A stretch of DNA of 56,685 nt, filler included, from Sphacelaria rigidula (GCA_964200075.2; 5 parts of 5 records of this genome joined end to end with filler, not necessarily neighbours in it), one strand, 5' to 3'; positions 41,268-54,920 are shown, counted from the whole stretch's first letter. Translations and numbers: made by a program. Notes: generated from the sequence alone by a model not told the origin.

Positions 41268-44200
41268 CCCCATCACGACGATGACGACGTTGGCGACGAC
41301 AATGATGATGGCGATGATAATGGTGGTGGTGACACAAATATAGCGCTGTCATCATCGTGCATTCGCGGCTGTATACCGTTGGGGTTCTCCCCCTCCCGCC
41401 TTCACCATCTCTTGCCCGATTTCATTACATGTTAGAATTTAAATCAACTGAAGGATGAAGGCATGGGAAAACACAAAATACTCACAGCCTATCTCGTGAG
41501 CGAAGATCACCTATCATGACGTTCACAAATCATCCAAGTTTCTCCCCCTCCCCCCTTTTAAGGGTCGGCGTTGGTTGGCAACGGCGCTATTATACATGCT
41601 ACTCACATTGTACGCCAGGCAACCAGGTCGTCGATTTTTGTTTCCTTCATGTTTTTTTTCGCGGTAACTGTTATGGTGGCAAGTCAGATCATATCATGCG
41701 GGGTGCTGAACCTCAACTCCACGTAAAATGAATGATAGTACTACGTAGTGTTAAAGTGGTGAGAGGTCCATCAGGCAGTGTGGACCCGTGATTGTCTCTG
41801 GAAGTGGCCATACCAGGAAATGAAGTAACTCATCGGAGGCCATCATCCATACGCAGGATAATCAGTAGGCTTCGGGCCGAACGATCTCGGTAGGATGCGG
41901 CTCACCTTTCATGCGACTCGCCGAACACATGACGGTGCTTCGCGCCTGGTTTTTGCGAGCCTGGTTCGGCGAAAACCCTGCGTGCTCTGTCCCGGCTTTG
42001 TAGGGATTCGAGGCCAACGGTCTCATGGCTACGGCACGTAAAATCATGGCTCCCCCCTCCCTCCCCCCCCCCTCCCCCCCGCAGTACCCCCCCTCCCTTT
42101 CCCCCACCCACGTGCGCCTCATGATAAGCTACCTAAAAACCACCACATGTCACTTGTAAGTTATGCACCTGCACTCTCCTCCGTGGCAGGTTTCGAGAAG
42201 AGCTAGAGATTCACAGGAGAAAACAGGCGTTGAAAAGATCGGAAGAAGAGATCGAAAAACGGTAAGGACCCCCTGCCTGCCGGTCCACCAAGAAAATGGC
42301 TACATGCATAGTATGTGTGCAAATGTGTAGATACCTTTATCCCCCCGGTGGTATCGTAATACTGTTCCTGCTGGCGGGTCGCCCCGGTGTGGCTCTGTTG
42401 TTAGCCTCGAACCCTTCTGACGGCTGGGTCGTGGGTTCGAATCTCGGTGAAGTCAGATGATCTGTCTTTTTTCACAACACATCCAGCACTAGACGGCGAC
42501 GATGTCGTGGGTACACGAAAGTTCGACCTGACAGTCGAGGAGGGGAAGGGATTACCAAATCCTTGTCGCTATTAAAAAAGAAAGCAAGCACCGCAGAAGG
42601 AAGGCGGGATGCTAGACGCGAAATAAAACCTCCTGCATCGACCTTCCTCCCGTGTGACCCCAGGTGATGCGTATAGAATAAACGGGGTGACAATACACAC
42701 ACACACAAACAAAAAACACTACTACCACCTCCACGGCACAAGCAGGCATGACCCCCGAGGTGGAGGAGCCGCGAGTGAGTCGCGGACGGCGGTTTTTGAT
42801 GAAATAGCACGAATCTTGACACGCAAGTTGTGGGAGGGGTGTGTACTCATGATCTTGCACGCCGTAGACATGAGACCATTCACCTTGCATCCCTACAAAG
42901 CCGGGACGGGACGGGGAGGGGGGGGGTGTACTCATGATTTTGCGTGCCGTAGTCATACGACCATTCACCTCGTACCCCTACGAAGCCGGGACGGAGCACG
43001 CCGGGTTTTCGCCGGACCAGACGGTACGGGGGGGGGGGAGTCACGTAGGTTCCACCAAGCCAGGGTAACCGAGACGAACACTAGGGTGATTCTGACGTCG
43101 GCCGTCTAAGGAGCTCGTGATTGTGAATGAGTCTGTAATTTCACAGAAGGCGTAGACGGAGGTAGGAGGTGCCAGGGGGGCGGAGGGGAAACACGAGAGT
43201 TGATTTTAAGCGTGGCTTGCTTCACTACTCCTATCTCTACTCCCTGTCCTGAAAGGGGAACACGATTAATGTTTCCGCGTAGCCTGTACGTGGACAAATA
43301 GCCTGAGACGTGCTCAACTTCACCGGGATGTATCGCTACAGCATAAGGTTTTGTTCCAATCATGTGTACGTCGGGCAGCATGCGTGGAGAGAAGCGGAAT
43401 GTGTCTTGTCTCCGGAGATGAGATCTGGGCGGTTTCCGGAAAATATAGCGAAGTCTGCAATACACTTTATTATTGACCACATGGGTGCTTACAGCCAGAA
43501 ATCAACTGCAGCCAGATATGGTGGAGTAAACCGTGAGAATGTTTGATCCGTTTGTCACAACTTATTTAGTTTCTTTGCGATAGTGATCGGTTCGTGATGA
43601 ACAATATTTGCAAAGGAACTGGATATAGTCGTTTTGTGAGGCTCTCCTTTCATCCTGAACTGAATGATTACGCTGCCTTTTTCCCGTCGGCCGTTCCACA
43701 GAATGAGCCAATATGTCTTCATGTACCATATGTGTGCACAGGAAGCACATGGAAGATCAGGAACGACGTCTGCAGGAGTATCGCCAAGAGCAAGAGGTGC
43801 TACAGCAGCGCCACTCAGACAAGCATGCCGAAGAAAAACGCCTCCGCGATGATCAAGTGAAGCGCCAGCAGGTGAGGCGGCTTGATGATACACGCTGCGA
43901 CAACGGCCCTGCATATAGAGGAGACAATCTTCATTGATACAGCTCTGTTGCACGTTTTACCAACTTCTCTTTCCTCTTGATGAGTCCGTAGCCTCTCGGA
44001 GACCAACTTGCAACTCCCCCCATACCTACCTCGCACTATTAGTGCCGATTGGAGTTCAAGGTGCATGGAGGGTGTTACCTCCCCCCCCCCCCCCCCCCCC
44101 CCCCCCCCGGCGCCCACCCACACCCCACCCACCACCCAACACACCCCCACCCCCCCCCCCGCCCCACTCANNNNNNNNNNCCCCCCCCACCCCCCCCCCC

Positions 44201-45171
44201 ACCTTTTGTGGCGGTTTGGGTTTAAGGGGCATGGGGGGGTTTTCCCCCCCCCCCCCCCCCCCCCCATGGTCAATGATCAAACGACTAAGGCAAGCAACAA
44301 ATGAGTACGCCCTCCCCTCCCCCACGCGCTTGGTTACTGAGTGCGAGCCTGGTCTGGCGAAAAACCGGTGTGCTCCGCCCCGGCTTTGTAGGGATACGAG
44401 GTCAATGGTCATATGACTATGGCATGCAGGATCGTGAGTACCCCCCCCCTCCCCCATACACACGTTTCTCCCCCACCTCGCCTGCATACTCACATGCTTG
44501 TGTTATATGCTTGCACCATCCTTAAACCACACATGATGACACCAAGTACGGAGCGCACAGAGTGCCCGCTCGGCTCGCCTTGCTTCACGTTGAGTCTGCC
44601 CACAAATAAGCGGGCCCAATGCTTTTGCCAGTAGCATTAAGCGCAGCACGTTCATGTCGCTACGCCTACTGTACTACGAAGTATAACATAATATTTTGCT
44701 TCTCTCCATATTTCAAAAGGTACAAAATGAATGTTTTCGCTAGAGGACGTACGGGGGCGGGAAAGCACACATAAAGCGCGCGCCCTACATAACAATGAGA
44801 TTTGCTGTCCGACAGCGACTTGTTCGTCTCCTTTCACCCTCTCTCCATCAGAAACATGGTCGCACACTTGGCAGCTGGTACTACAAACCTCCAGTCAATA
44901 ACGATCAGATGTACGTTTAGGGTGACACCGAAGTATTTTGAAGTACACGTACGTGTATAGTTCACGCTGCCAAGAACCGACCTCGTGTGCGCTTCCTGAC
45001 CTTCTGTCCTCACCTCACCCGAACCACACGCGACCTCCCAACTGACGCTCGATCGTTCGGGGGGGCGCGAAAAATATAAAAATGAAGGCTGAAAAGGAAG
45101 CGGAGAGGCAGGCTCGACTAGAAAAGGAAATGCAGGATATCGAGCTGTGCAAGGCGCAGCTGCAGCATGAG
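38598..45171 (+). CDS. Coiled-coil protein (E/K/R/Q-rich, possibly cilium-associated), five internal exons; both ends unresolved
   Basis: Exons 38598-38865, 41032-41168, 42190-42261, 43742-43871 and 45088-45171 have AG/GT borders and splice in consistent phase (0,2,2,0). The stop-free product reads NPDSSLNKDIEERVKAF...RAWRTFDVAKQIEHEAKEKHKAEQLGLQKIRFREELEIHRRKQ...KHMEDQERRLQEYRQEQE...AEKEAERQARLEKEMQDIELCKAQLQHE. Function is inferred only. Confidence 0.8.
40300..40544. mobile_element. MITE with GACAC termini and 4-bp TSD (copy 2, intronic)
   Basis: GCAA|GACACTTTCTACGATAGC...GCTATCGTAGAAAGTGTC|GCAA. Confidence 0.85.
41209..41266. repeat. (GTT)n(GAT)n compound microsatellite, intronic
   Basis: Directly visible just after the donor at 41169. 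Confidence 0.9.
42374..42719 (+). mobile_element. tRNA-derived SINE (second copy, intronic)
   Basis: Head GCGGGTCGCCCCGGTGTGGCTCTGTTGTTA...GGGTTCGAATCTC. It shares the body motif GCACCGCAGAAGGAAGG with the 30137-30504 copy and has a (CA)n tail. Confidence 0.8.
42830..43020 (+). repeat. High-copy dispersed repeat (GGGGTGTACTCATGATC...CCCTACAAAGCCGGGACGGAGCACG); copies also at ~33790-33974, 34075-34130, 41930-42125, 44265-44500 and 56620-56685
   Basis: The same motif string recurs in both orientations and sits at three contig ends. Confidence 0.75.
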
Positions 45172-45330
45172 GTGCGCGAACCCCCCCACACGCCGTTTCC
45201 GAGAATATACTTCAACATGATGACAAAATGATCACACACTCGGAAATCAAAGTTTACTCATCCCTATTACATCGTACCTCCATTTATCAGTGGAATCTAT
45301 TGATTCAGACTGCTTCAGCCAAACCCCCGA

Positions 45331-45430
45331 NNNNNNNNNNNNNNNNNNNNNNNNNNNNNNNNNNNNNNNNNNNNTTAATTAATTAANNNNNNNNNNNNNN
45401 NNNNNNNNNNNNNNNNNNNNNNNNNNNNNN
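45331..45430. other. Artificial contig-joining spacer
   Basis: Same 100-nt linker. Confidence 0.98.
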
Positions 45431-47097
45431 CATTCGGGCAATCAGGCAGAAGAAATCGTGAATTTGGTGATTTTGAGTCGTGATGATTTGTCCTAACCGT
45501 GAATTAGTTGCCGCAACCATAGACCCGCCCGAGGACCAATCAACATGCTGCTTTTGGGCGCCTGTTGCTCTTCCCGCTGCTCTTCTCGTATCGATGAGAC
45601 CCAACCATAGATAGTAGAGGGGTGGGACGGAAAAATGAGAGAAATAAATCGAGAAGAAATGACCATTGTTCACAGCAGATTGGCCCCAATATAAACCAAA
45701 AGTACGGTTTGCTCCTCTCATGAATGTAGAATATTTGTTATGATTAATGGTTTGAATATCAAATGTGACGCAACGCAAGTCCAAACCAGACCGAAACAGG
45801 TAATGAAGAATTCCAGGTAAACTGCTGGCCCGTCTTTCCCAGTTACCCCAAGCTTAAATCTCAACCTCTGTGACCTATTTGTAACATCGACTGTTTCACA
45901 GTCCCCCTCACATTAGCCTAGCTTTTTCACATTCGTACCCATTTCACAGACCGCAAATCCCGCTACGCTCAGATCTTTCACATTGGACCTTGGTGGGTAT
46001 CGTTCCTGTGCAAGAGTACAACGATTGTCGAATAATGCGCGCTAAATGCGTCAAGAAAACATTGTTATTCCCCCATACGCGTGCGACTCGTAAAGCTGAA
46101 TGTCTCGGAAGAGGCGGCAGGGGACAAGTTCAAGATATACATCAACAACAGCTAATCGCGTCGATGGACACAGAAAACCGATGCCGCGGCATACTCGGTT
46201 GCAGACTGACTCGTTCGCTCGTGCTGATGTCACAGGCGATAATGTCACTCGGTAGACATCAACTTTGTAATTCGACCACCCATGACTGGAACTCTCTCCT
46301 TCAAGCACCATCAACTCATCAACCTTTACATTACTGTACGCGATGGCACGAGTACAAATCGTGCTGCAATGTATTAGGTAGATGCTACGAAGGTGCGACG
46401 ACTGCCGCGTGCGGTACAGTGCTCTGCACTACCACTTTCACCAAGTCGGCGTTGCCTCTTTCGCGAAATTCGTACTACGAGTACTGTACTTACTGCTTGT
46501 GCCACGGTAGTGACGGCCTGTATATTCATTGCTTGCCTTCGTTTCGAGTTATGTCGGCTTGCCGCACCGCTCAGCGCGCGGAAGGCGCGGACGCCTACGG
46601 GAAGAAGCGATATCATGGCCAATCCCGTGAAAACCAACACCCTTGTCGTGTAGTCTCTCTGCGTCGCCATCGCCCGTCATATGGTGCCGAGGTGGGTTTG
46701 GGAGACGGACGTGCGAGGTGGATCCTCGCCTGCATAAACACTAGTCATACTCGAATAAATTACTCCATACGTTTGCATTCAGTTTGTCACGTAGATTATT
46801 GGCGCCGATGGTGCTTTTTGGGGTGTTCTCTGCAGTTTTTCTATATTATAACGCCAGATTTCTATTATTCGATGTGTTCGCATAGGCCTGCGTGCTGAAT
46901 TGTACGCATGTGATATATCATCTAGTGATCAGAACGACGGGTCTGACCAAGAAATCAAAAAGCCAAATAGAAAAGACAGCGTGGGACTGGCTCTCTCTGA
47001 TTGATCGCACAAGCTACTACAGAGCCCAACAAATCACAAGGCTACGAACTTGGAGCATCATCGTTCGAGTCCCTGGGCATTTTTTTAGCTAGAGGGT

Positions 47098-48416
47098 ATG
47101 ATTTCCGTGAAGCAGTTGGAACCCCTCCGCCATGCAGTCGCGCAGCAGGTAGGTCAAAGTTCAACTGCAACTACTGGGCAGTGAGAGCAAGTCGCCCCGC
47201 TTCGTGATGCCTGTACTGGTACACGGGCCGACAGTAAATTTGAGTATAAATAAAGCCGCTGTGTGTGAAGCGCAGGAGTGGCGTGCCAGCAAGATCGCGA
47301 GTGTGGCCATTCCTACGCGCATCGTGTATTTTTGCTCAGGTCGAATTGTTTGCATTGACTTCGTTCCATTGGCTGCACTGCATTTCCATCTTGACATCTC
47401 GACAAGTTTGACGATCTGCGAGACAAACCGCACTTCGTGTTCTGCATGGTTTGGATTTCTGTACTCGGTTTCGTCTAGGCAGTGTGGTACTGCCGTAAGG
47501 GTTCAGACACCGGTGACTCTCGGAGAACGGCCGCTTTTTCGCCCCGACTGCTGCAGAAGTGTACGAGTATTGTGCGGCGTAGTTGTACAGTGCAAGCAGT
47601 GTGTTATGTTACCGCAAGGATGTGTTGGCGTTGCCTAGCTGACACGGAAATTAGCATGAATATGAAAAGTTCTGCGCTCGAAGAGCAAGCTCCAATAAGA
47701 CAGGATCCAACCTGACCACGTTCACCGGTGATCTCGTGAGACAGCACTTGCCGGCCGATCCACCCTCGTGTGGTTCAGCGCTCCAACATACTCTTCGTTC
47801 ATGCGTCCTGTGTTCAGCAACATGCGATAAGATTGTCCAGTATTTTGAAGTTTGTCAATGTGCATGTGTAGTTCAATGAATCCACACTTTGATTGCACAA
47901 CTACCCCGCGTATCTCGTCTACATTTCCCAGCACCCCGACACACCCACATTCCCGCGTCCTCCCTCGACCCCATTCCACCCCAGATTGGAATATTAGCAC
48001 AGGGAGGCATCTCAAGACAACCCGCGGCTCTCTCAGCGATCCGCTGTCTCTCCTCCACTACTAACAGCAAAAATGATTCAAGTTCCCAATCAGGCACGAC
48101 TTCGCCCGCGTCCAAGAAACTCCGCAGCGCGAGCATGAGCACAGCGGCAGCGCCAGCTGATCCCCCACCCGCCGCGGTTAACGTCCCCGAGGTCAAGCGC
48201 TTGTTTCGCGAGACTCTCGAAAAAACGCGGCGACAGGCGCTGCAAGGCGGGGGAAAAGCAAGACTTGAACGGCAGCATAGTCGGGGCAAGCTTTCTGCGC
48301 GGGAGCGTCTGGACGTGTTACTCGACGCTGGCTCTTTTCGCGAGTACGATATGCTGAAGACGCACCGGTGCACAGATTTTGGCATGGACAAAGAACACGC
48401 TCCTGGTGACGGCGTG
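47098..48416 (+). CDS. PCCB: Propionyl-CoA carboxylase beta chain (carboxyltransferase), 5' part with probable mitochondrial transit peptide
   Basis: Exon 47985-48416 (CCAG acceptor, GTGAGA donor) encodes ALQGGGKARLERQHSRGKLSARERLDVLLDAGSFREYDMLKTHRCTDFGM...PGDGV, the typical PCCB N-terminus. A putative first exon 47098-47148 (MISVKQLEPLRHAVAQQ, donor GTAGGT) joins in phase 0 but is less certain. No later exons found. Confidence 0.85.
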
Positions 48417-48744
48417 GTGAGACGTTCGGGAAATATGACTGCGACGCTGGCAATTTTTTTGTGCGCTTTCTCAGCTGTAGCTCCTTGTAAGCACGATCCG
48501 TTAGTGTACAGACAAAAAAGCGTGATTGGATGTTCTCAACATTTTTGCCATTCGGCCGCTATATCTCTGGATGAGTCATCCCGGTCTTGTGTTCGTGTTT
48601 TGAGTGAATATGAGGTGGTATCTTATCAATTTTTTTCCGACTCGAACGACTTCGTGCGGCGGAATTGATTCACTTCGCTTTGCTAGGTTTGGGTCCGAGC
48701 GAATTTGCACGCTTTGAATCGAAAAGGCTAAGCGAAATTCTTGA

Positions 48745-49805
48745 AGCGGTACTTCTTTACTCATATTCAACACACAGTACAGTACAGCACAGACTGTACA
48801 GACTTTAAAACAATGCCGGCCTGTACTGTCCAGATGGTGTGTGTTTCCCACGGCATACGGGCGCCATGTGGAAAAGAAGCGGGTAACGCGGCACACAGCA
48901 GATTTGACAGACAGCACAGCTTTCTGACTCTCTCGATACAGGAGGATGCGAAGCAGATTTTGAACTACGTGCAGTTTTTCACCGACTCTACTGTTGTCCA
49001 TGAGCGCGTTGGCAGTTCGATCGCCCACCCCAACATGCAACTCCGTCGGTGGACCCCGCCACAAAATTAGATGCCCAAGTTTTTGCCAACAAGAAGAAAC
49101 ACATCATGCTAAAAGTGTGGTGGTGTCGGTTTCTATCACTGCTGCAGTATATATCCCTGTGCTGAGCTCGTGATCTATGCCGCAGGGTTGGGTACGTAGC
49201 TGCGAATGAACCATTTGGGTTTTGCGTAATTCTGTGAAAGGGTGGTATCTGGCAGGGTTGTCTGCAACATAGGTACTTCTTCACCTATATATCAGTCAAT
49301 CAACCAAGTACAGACTGTATGACAGTGGCGGCCTGTACTACTGTGGTGTGTAGATGGTACGTGTGTTTCGCTCAGCATGCAGCCGCGATGTGGAAAAGAA
49401 GCGGGCAACGCGACAACAGCTGATTTGACAGATAGCACAGCTTTCTGACTCTCTGCATACAAGAGGATGCGAAACAGATTTACCCCGTGTGCAGTTTTGC
49501 ACCCCCTTGAATGTCCATGAGCGCGTTGGCAATTCGATCGCCCACCCCAACACGCAACTCCGTCGGTGGACCCTGCCACAAAATGAGGTGTCTAAGTTTT
49601 CGCGAACAAAAAGGAACACATCATGCCAAAACAGTGGTGATGTCGGTTCCCTATCACTGGAGTGGGTGTATCCCTGTATCCCTGCGCTCAGTTCGTGATC
49701 TACCGTGCCGCAAAGTTGAGTAAGTATTCAATAGCTGGGAATGAGCCGTTTGGGCTTTGCGTACCTTTGTGAAAGGATAGTATCTGGCACGGTTGTCTGC
49801 AACAT
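48745..49805 (+). repeat. Tandem duplication of an about 520-bp unit downstream of the PCCB exon
   Basis: ~48745-49270 and ~49270-49805 share GATTTGACAGA.AGCACAGCTTTCTGACTCTC, TCCATGAGCGCGTTGGCA.TTCGATCGCCCACCCCAAC and CTCCGTCGGTGGACCC. Confidence 0.8.
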
Positions 49806-50730
49806 CCGAGTTACGTGCCGCTTCGTTCATTCCGCCGCTCGTTTCACTCGAAAAAGCTAAGCTTTTCTGTTTCTTCACCTTGCCGGTCGCGCGCAACTAA
49901 TTATAAAATTGACTTGAAGCCATCTAGGAAGATAAATGCCGTGGGCGTATCAGATTCGGTCTCGCAACGGCCAGTTCGATTCGACCGCATGTTTTCGAGT
50001 CGGAAAAAAAATGATTAGCGAAAACGTACGGTGGAATCAAATTTGCTCATACCTGATACGTCCACGGCATCCATGTTCTCAACCATCTGAGAATACGAGC
50101 AGCGTGGACGAATCAGAAACGAGCGAACTCGATTCCACCGTACGTTTTCGAGTCGAAAACAATTTGATGAGACACGGCCTGATGGCGATTCAACATATAC
50201 CCCATCCTGAAGGTCGAAGGGTTAGCCTTTCGACCGCCAGGGTGGATCATCTGGATGTCACGCTCAGGTGGAATCGAATTTGCTCGTACCTGATATGTCC
50301 ACGGCATCCGTCGTGGTCTCATCCATCTGGCAACACGGCATCTATTGACTATATATTGTCGAGGGTGTGAAACGTTTTGTTCGATTAATAAGTTGGCGTC
50401 GAGGATCCAACTGAACCTACTCCATTAGCAGTATAACAATTGGTCCATTCTTGTTCATCTTGGTATTAGTATACTATTCACACCATCTAGACACCCCTCC
50501 ACAAAAACTCCGTTTCGAAAACCTTGTTCCGCAGGATTTTCAAGTCAGACAATTATACTGAAACGAAGCGTGGAATTCGAAAGGTGGAGCTGTATTTGAT
50601 CATTCCTGCGACGACTTCGCAGCTAATGAAATACGAAAGAATGATGTATCGCTTGCTCTCTGCTACCTGCCAACTACCTCGTGCTGTTAAGATAGTTTTG
50701 CACAGTACTCTTGCTGTTGCAGAACACTAA

Positions 50731-51067
50731 GGCGGTGTTTTAACGAAACAAGAAAAATTATATTCATTTCGTGATGGTGATTGTGAAGTGACGGTTCACA
50801 AGTTCATTATCACGAGAAATTACACACCGTTCTTATCGAGTATGCTAGGGTGGGAAACAAGTGATACAGGAACGGTAAAACAGCACGCGAACAGACCAGC
50901 GACTTCAAGGAGGGCGGCAATCACGCGCAAGGGAGTATGAGTATTGTCGCAGGTCATAACGCGGACCGCCTTCCGCACGAGAAGAAGAAACAGCAGCAGT
51001 ATCAGCAGCATCGTTATTGCCAGTACATGTACGCGGCTGGGGGTGGGTCTCAATCAGCCGGTGCCGA

Positions 51068-51101
<34 letters not shown>

Positions 51102-52143
51102 GTTCTTACTCATGAGAGAAACGGTCCGCGTTTCGATCGTGCTACAACCCCCACGCACCTTGCACGTGATAGCCAACGTGCTGGAAAGCGCTGGTCCGTA
51201 CTACCCGTCGATAGGTCTATGCTTGCTCACTAGGCTAAGAGCTGGGAGATATAGCTGCGCGCATCTCTCTGTGCGAGCTGTGCACGTCGGGTCTGTCTCG
51301 CACGCGTAGCTGCTGCTGGTGATGGGAATTAAGCCAGCGTCCAATACAGGGGGAAACAAGTAATACGTACTCGTACTGAAAATGCTACTACTGTCTGTAT
51401 GGGGGTAACAAGACGCAAACAGAACGTAGTCTACTTCAAATAATACTGTAGGAGGGAGCGATAACGCGCCAGGTCATGGGTATTGCCGCACGTCGAAACG
51501 CGGACCGCCTCCCGCACGAGAAGCAGCAGCAGCAGCAGTGCCTTTATTGCCAGTAATTGTGCGCGGCTAGGGGTGGGTCTGAATCAGCCGGTGCCGATAC
51601 TGCTGCTGCTGCCATTTTTCCTCATGAGAGAGACGGTGCGCGTTTCAATCGGGCTGCAACGCCCACACACCTTGCGCGTGATAGCTACCATGCCGGGAAG
51701 CGCTGGCCCGTACTGCCCGCTGATAAGTCAATGCTCATTCACCAGGCAAAGTGCTAGAAGATTCAGCTGTGTGCATCTCTCTGTGCGAGCTGTACACATC
51801 GGGCGTGTCTCACGCGTGGCTACTGTTGGTGATGGGGCGAACCCAGCGCGGCTACTGCTAGTGGCGGGATCCTAACTGTCTGTCCCATGAAGAGCTCAAC
51901 AGCCCACTCCCTCCAACCATATCATGTTCCTCTTCGCATTCTCACGCGAATGTCCCTCCGCTCTCACGAAAATTAATTCCCCAAACATTAATTTCCGTGA
52001 GAGTGATTTTGGGGGAGGTGAGAATGTGGCATCAACTCACAACCAATCGGAATCATGGAAAAAAAACAAAAATGCCCAACCGTCATGATCACTATCACTA
52101 TCACGTCGCGTTCTCACATTTTTGGACTCGATAAAACGGGCTC
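50731..52143. mobile_element. Probable TIR element carrying two tandem copies of an about 450-bp unit
   Basis: Units ~50910-51330 and ~51460-51840 share GGGTGGGTCT.AATCAGCCGGTGCCGATACTGCTGCTGCTG...CTCATGAGAGA. The ends have diverged inverted sequence (GTGATGGTGATTGTGAAGTGACGGTT versus AACCGTCATGATCACTATCACTATCAC). Confidence 0.5.
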
Positions 52144-53274
52144 TGATGATGCAATTTTCGTGTCAAAATTTCAGGCCCATCACCTCGAATTTCCCACATC
52201 CAGTTCAGAAACATTCAAAAATCACCGTCAGGTGGTCCATCTGAGACCATATGACGGGGTTCGCGCAGTCAAAGGGTTACGGTATATTTCGGCCAAGACA
52301 GGGAGACCGGCGGTATACCCAGAGAGGTGTCACAAGGGAATGTAGGCGGCCATATATCTAGACTGGCGTTATTGAAAGCCGCCTTACAATATATCGGGTC
52401 ACCTGATGTAGCGTGTTGTGGAGGATATGACAAGACCAAGTGAGGCGCACTCAAGGTTGCTTGTAGGTACAGAACGGGATCGTTCAGAGGATATCGGCAT
52501 GGTCGATGGAAATAAATTGTACTCGAGCGCAGTGATTTATGCTGCTGTATCAATCCGCATCTGCCACATCTCGCAGCAGACGGTACTGCCCTACCCTGCA
52601 GTACTGTTCCCATCATGTGTGGAACATACGGCATGTGGTAGAAAACCACAAATGACGGTGTATATCACCCCTCTGCATCGGCGATGATCTCCATCCTCGT
52701 TTTTCTCGAGGGGGCGGAATCTTTTACATCGCTCCATGGCCATGTTTTGTGAAGTTCGATCAATCAAATATCTCCATTGCCCCATCTTCCCACGACGTGA
52801 GCATTGCAGGTTCCTAGCCAATAAAGACCAGGGAGTCTATGGCACGCCCGTGATATTGTCCGGCGCCCTCTAGATCACCACACCAGGAGGTGCTTCAGTC
52901 GGTCTCACCTGTGTACGTAGCGAGTCCAGACGGGATGGTGATGCAATTTTTGCTTGGTCTCCAAAATTAAACCCACGCCAGTATCATATTTTTCTTCCCC
53001 ACACCCTCTACCGGTTTTCCTGCGCCTCCGCTTCGCCGTGGCCGGAGCCGTAGTTGGGTTCCGGGCCAGTAGGGTTACAGTACAGACACTACACTGACTT
53101 TAGCCCAGCATTGAAGATAAGCTATTTATTACATTGAATTAAATGATATACACCGTCAGTCATTTTCTGCATCACGAGCTGTAAAAACCAACGGGACGTA
53201 CAAGGGACGTATACTCCTGAAACATCTGTATCGTCTTGATTCTGCGTGTGCAGATCGATCATGGGCTTCTGAAA

Positions 53275-54920
53275 TCATTTACGCCGTTGGGGCCGCAATC
53301 TTTCATCGCCATCATTGGAAGATCTCCCCTTGCTGCTGCCCTGTTCCCCGCTGACTCGACCCCACTCGTTAGAGTGATCGTTGTCCTTCGCCGATCGCAA
53401 CATGAGGTGATAAAAGTCTTGGTACTGCATGGCGGCAAGCAGGGTCTGCACGAACCAGTGGTACCGATGCTCTTCGAACAAGGCGCAGAAGTTGTTGTCT
53501 TGGGCGTCCTGTCAGCGAATCAATTATCGAGCTCACTTCACACGTCATGATGAGCACCACGCAAGACTGCAGTCTACTCCTACTACTGCCTGTTTTACTG
53601 TGCCACGCTCGCTAGAGAGAGCTCGACCAGACATGTGCTGCACTGGATACTGTACAGTATGACAGAAACCGATTGTTCATAGAGATGCCGTTCGTGATGC
53701 ATCATCGTTCATGAATCCCTTCTGCATGCGTATACCCCGTTGCTTGTCCCACAAGATGATTCAGTAGTACAGACCATGCCGAAGACACTCAAACCGGTCA
53801 CGCGATTTGTGCAATCTCTGAGCGGCAAGCCGAAGGTAAACCGCCGTGTGTAAGGGAAATTATTTGAGGTAATTCGCCATGTGCGCGGGCAACTATTTGA
53901 GTCAGATCTCAGATGTTGTGCCATTCTGGGCTGTTCTGTATACAGTAATTGCGTTGCATACAGACGACAGGGGGTATGGCACGTCCGGCGCACCTTCAGG
54001 GCTGAAAACAGATCTTCGGACGTGCACCCCACTTCAGACAGGAATTCTGTCCATCACCAGCATTTGACGCAAAACATTATCCAGGGCAGAGATCGGGGAT
54101 TAATATTGTAACTGGAATCTTTGGTACATTATTTGAACATGGCAAAAAGGGGCCTACGCTTTGTCACCACACAATGAGAGGCATCCCAGCGTTGTGCTTT
54201 CATGCGGTGAATCGACATCGTTTCCACTCGAAAAATGGGCTTCAGTAAGACCCAAGTCCTCATCTGCATGTCGTCGAAGGGCAACCCTACGACAAGATGT
54301 ATGCTGTCGAACTGCACACATTCTTGTCGAAATCAACAGACGGTGTGCGTACCGTAGAGCAGGGCCTCCAACAGCTGCAGGTATTGCTCGTGCAACTCCG
54401 TATATCTGGTGGCACCAGGGAAGCAGGAACAAAGCGGATGAGAAGATGTGTACAAAAACTCGTGTGATTGTCTATTTAACTCATCGTGCGGCCACTGTGA
54501 GAGGATCAACCACGCCAGTACATTGAAACAGTCAGTATAACCGTAACTGTGCGAGTCACCGCACATCCCCTGGACCGAATTTCAAAGCTCGATTACTCCA
54601 TAACAAGAAGAGCATCGGTTCTGAAAAGAGTGACGCTGGAAAAATCTCGTCGATAGCTGTCCGAATATGTGTCGTTTGGTATTGGCACCCTCTTCGTCAT
54701 GGAGTAATCGAGCTTTAAAATTCTGTCCAGGGGGTGTGCGATGACTCGCACAATTACGGTATTGTGTCAAACTGGTTGAGCAAGCAGCAAACCAAGCACA
54801 TACAACGTTACAGCCATGCACACACGACCAGTGATCATCACCGCTTACCTTATCCGGTGCGTGTGTTCCCCCGCCTTCTGTTCCTCATCAACAGCTTGTA
54901 AAAACTCTCCCGCATGTTCC
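53275..54920 (-). CDS. BART-domain protein (ARL2-binding/CFAP36-like), last four exons; first exon not located
   Basis: Exons 54920-54849, 54405-54353, 54046-53994 and 53508-53275 with GT-AG borders and matching phases (2,1,0). They give EHAGEFLQAVDEEQKAGEHTHRIRYTELHEQYLQLLEALLYEFLSEVGCTSEDLFSALKDAQDNNFCALFEEHRYHWFVQTLLAAMQYQDFYHLM...stop. The EH..YTELH..Y..L.E..L..FL and LLA...Y..F..LM pattern is BART-like. Confidence 0.8.
54541..54759. mobile_element. MITE with about 70-bp TIRs in a BART-gene intron
   Basis: CCGTAACTGTGCGAGTCACCGCACATCCCCTGGACCGAATTTCAAAGCTCGATTACTCCAT pairs with ATGGAGTAATCGAGCTTTAAAATTCTGTCCAGGGGGGTGTGCGATGACTCGCACAATTACGG. Confidence 0.75.

Noticed and set aside
42374..42450. 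Possible tRNA gene (also 30430-30504 and 10855-10926)
   Set aside because: A and B boxes are present, but there is no proper cloverleaf and the sequence continues into a repeat body. These are SINE or repeat heads.
43815..44493. Pro-rich and Gly-rich ORFs
   Set aside because: Poly-C low-quality sequence around a 10-N gap at 44171-44180, within an intron.
45990..46898. 302-aa ORF upstream of PCCB
   Set aside because: Non-ATG start, Cys/Arg-rich random-like composition and no recognisable motif.
50937..51875. Duplicated signal-peptide-like ORFs (PVPILLLLL...)
   Set aside because: The Leu runs come from a (CTG)n tract in a tandemly duplicated repeat unit, and the ORFs have non-ATG starts.
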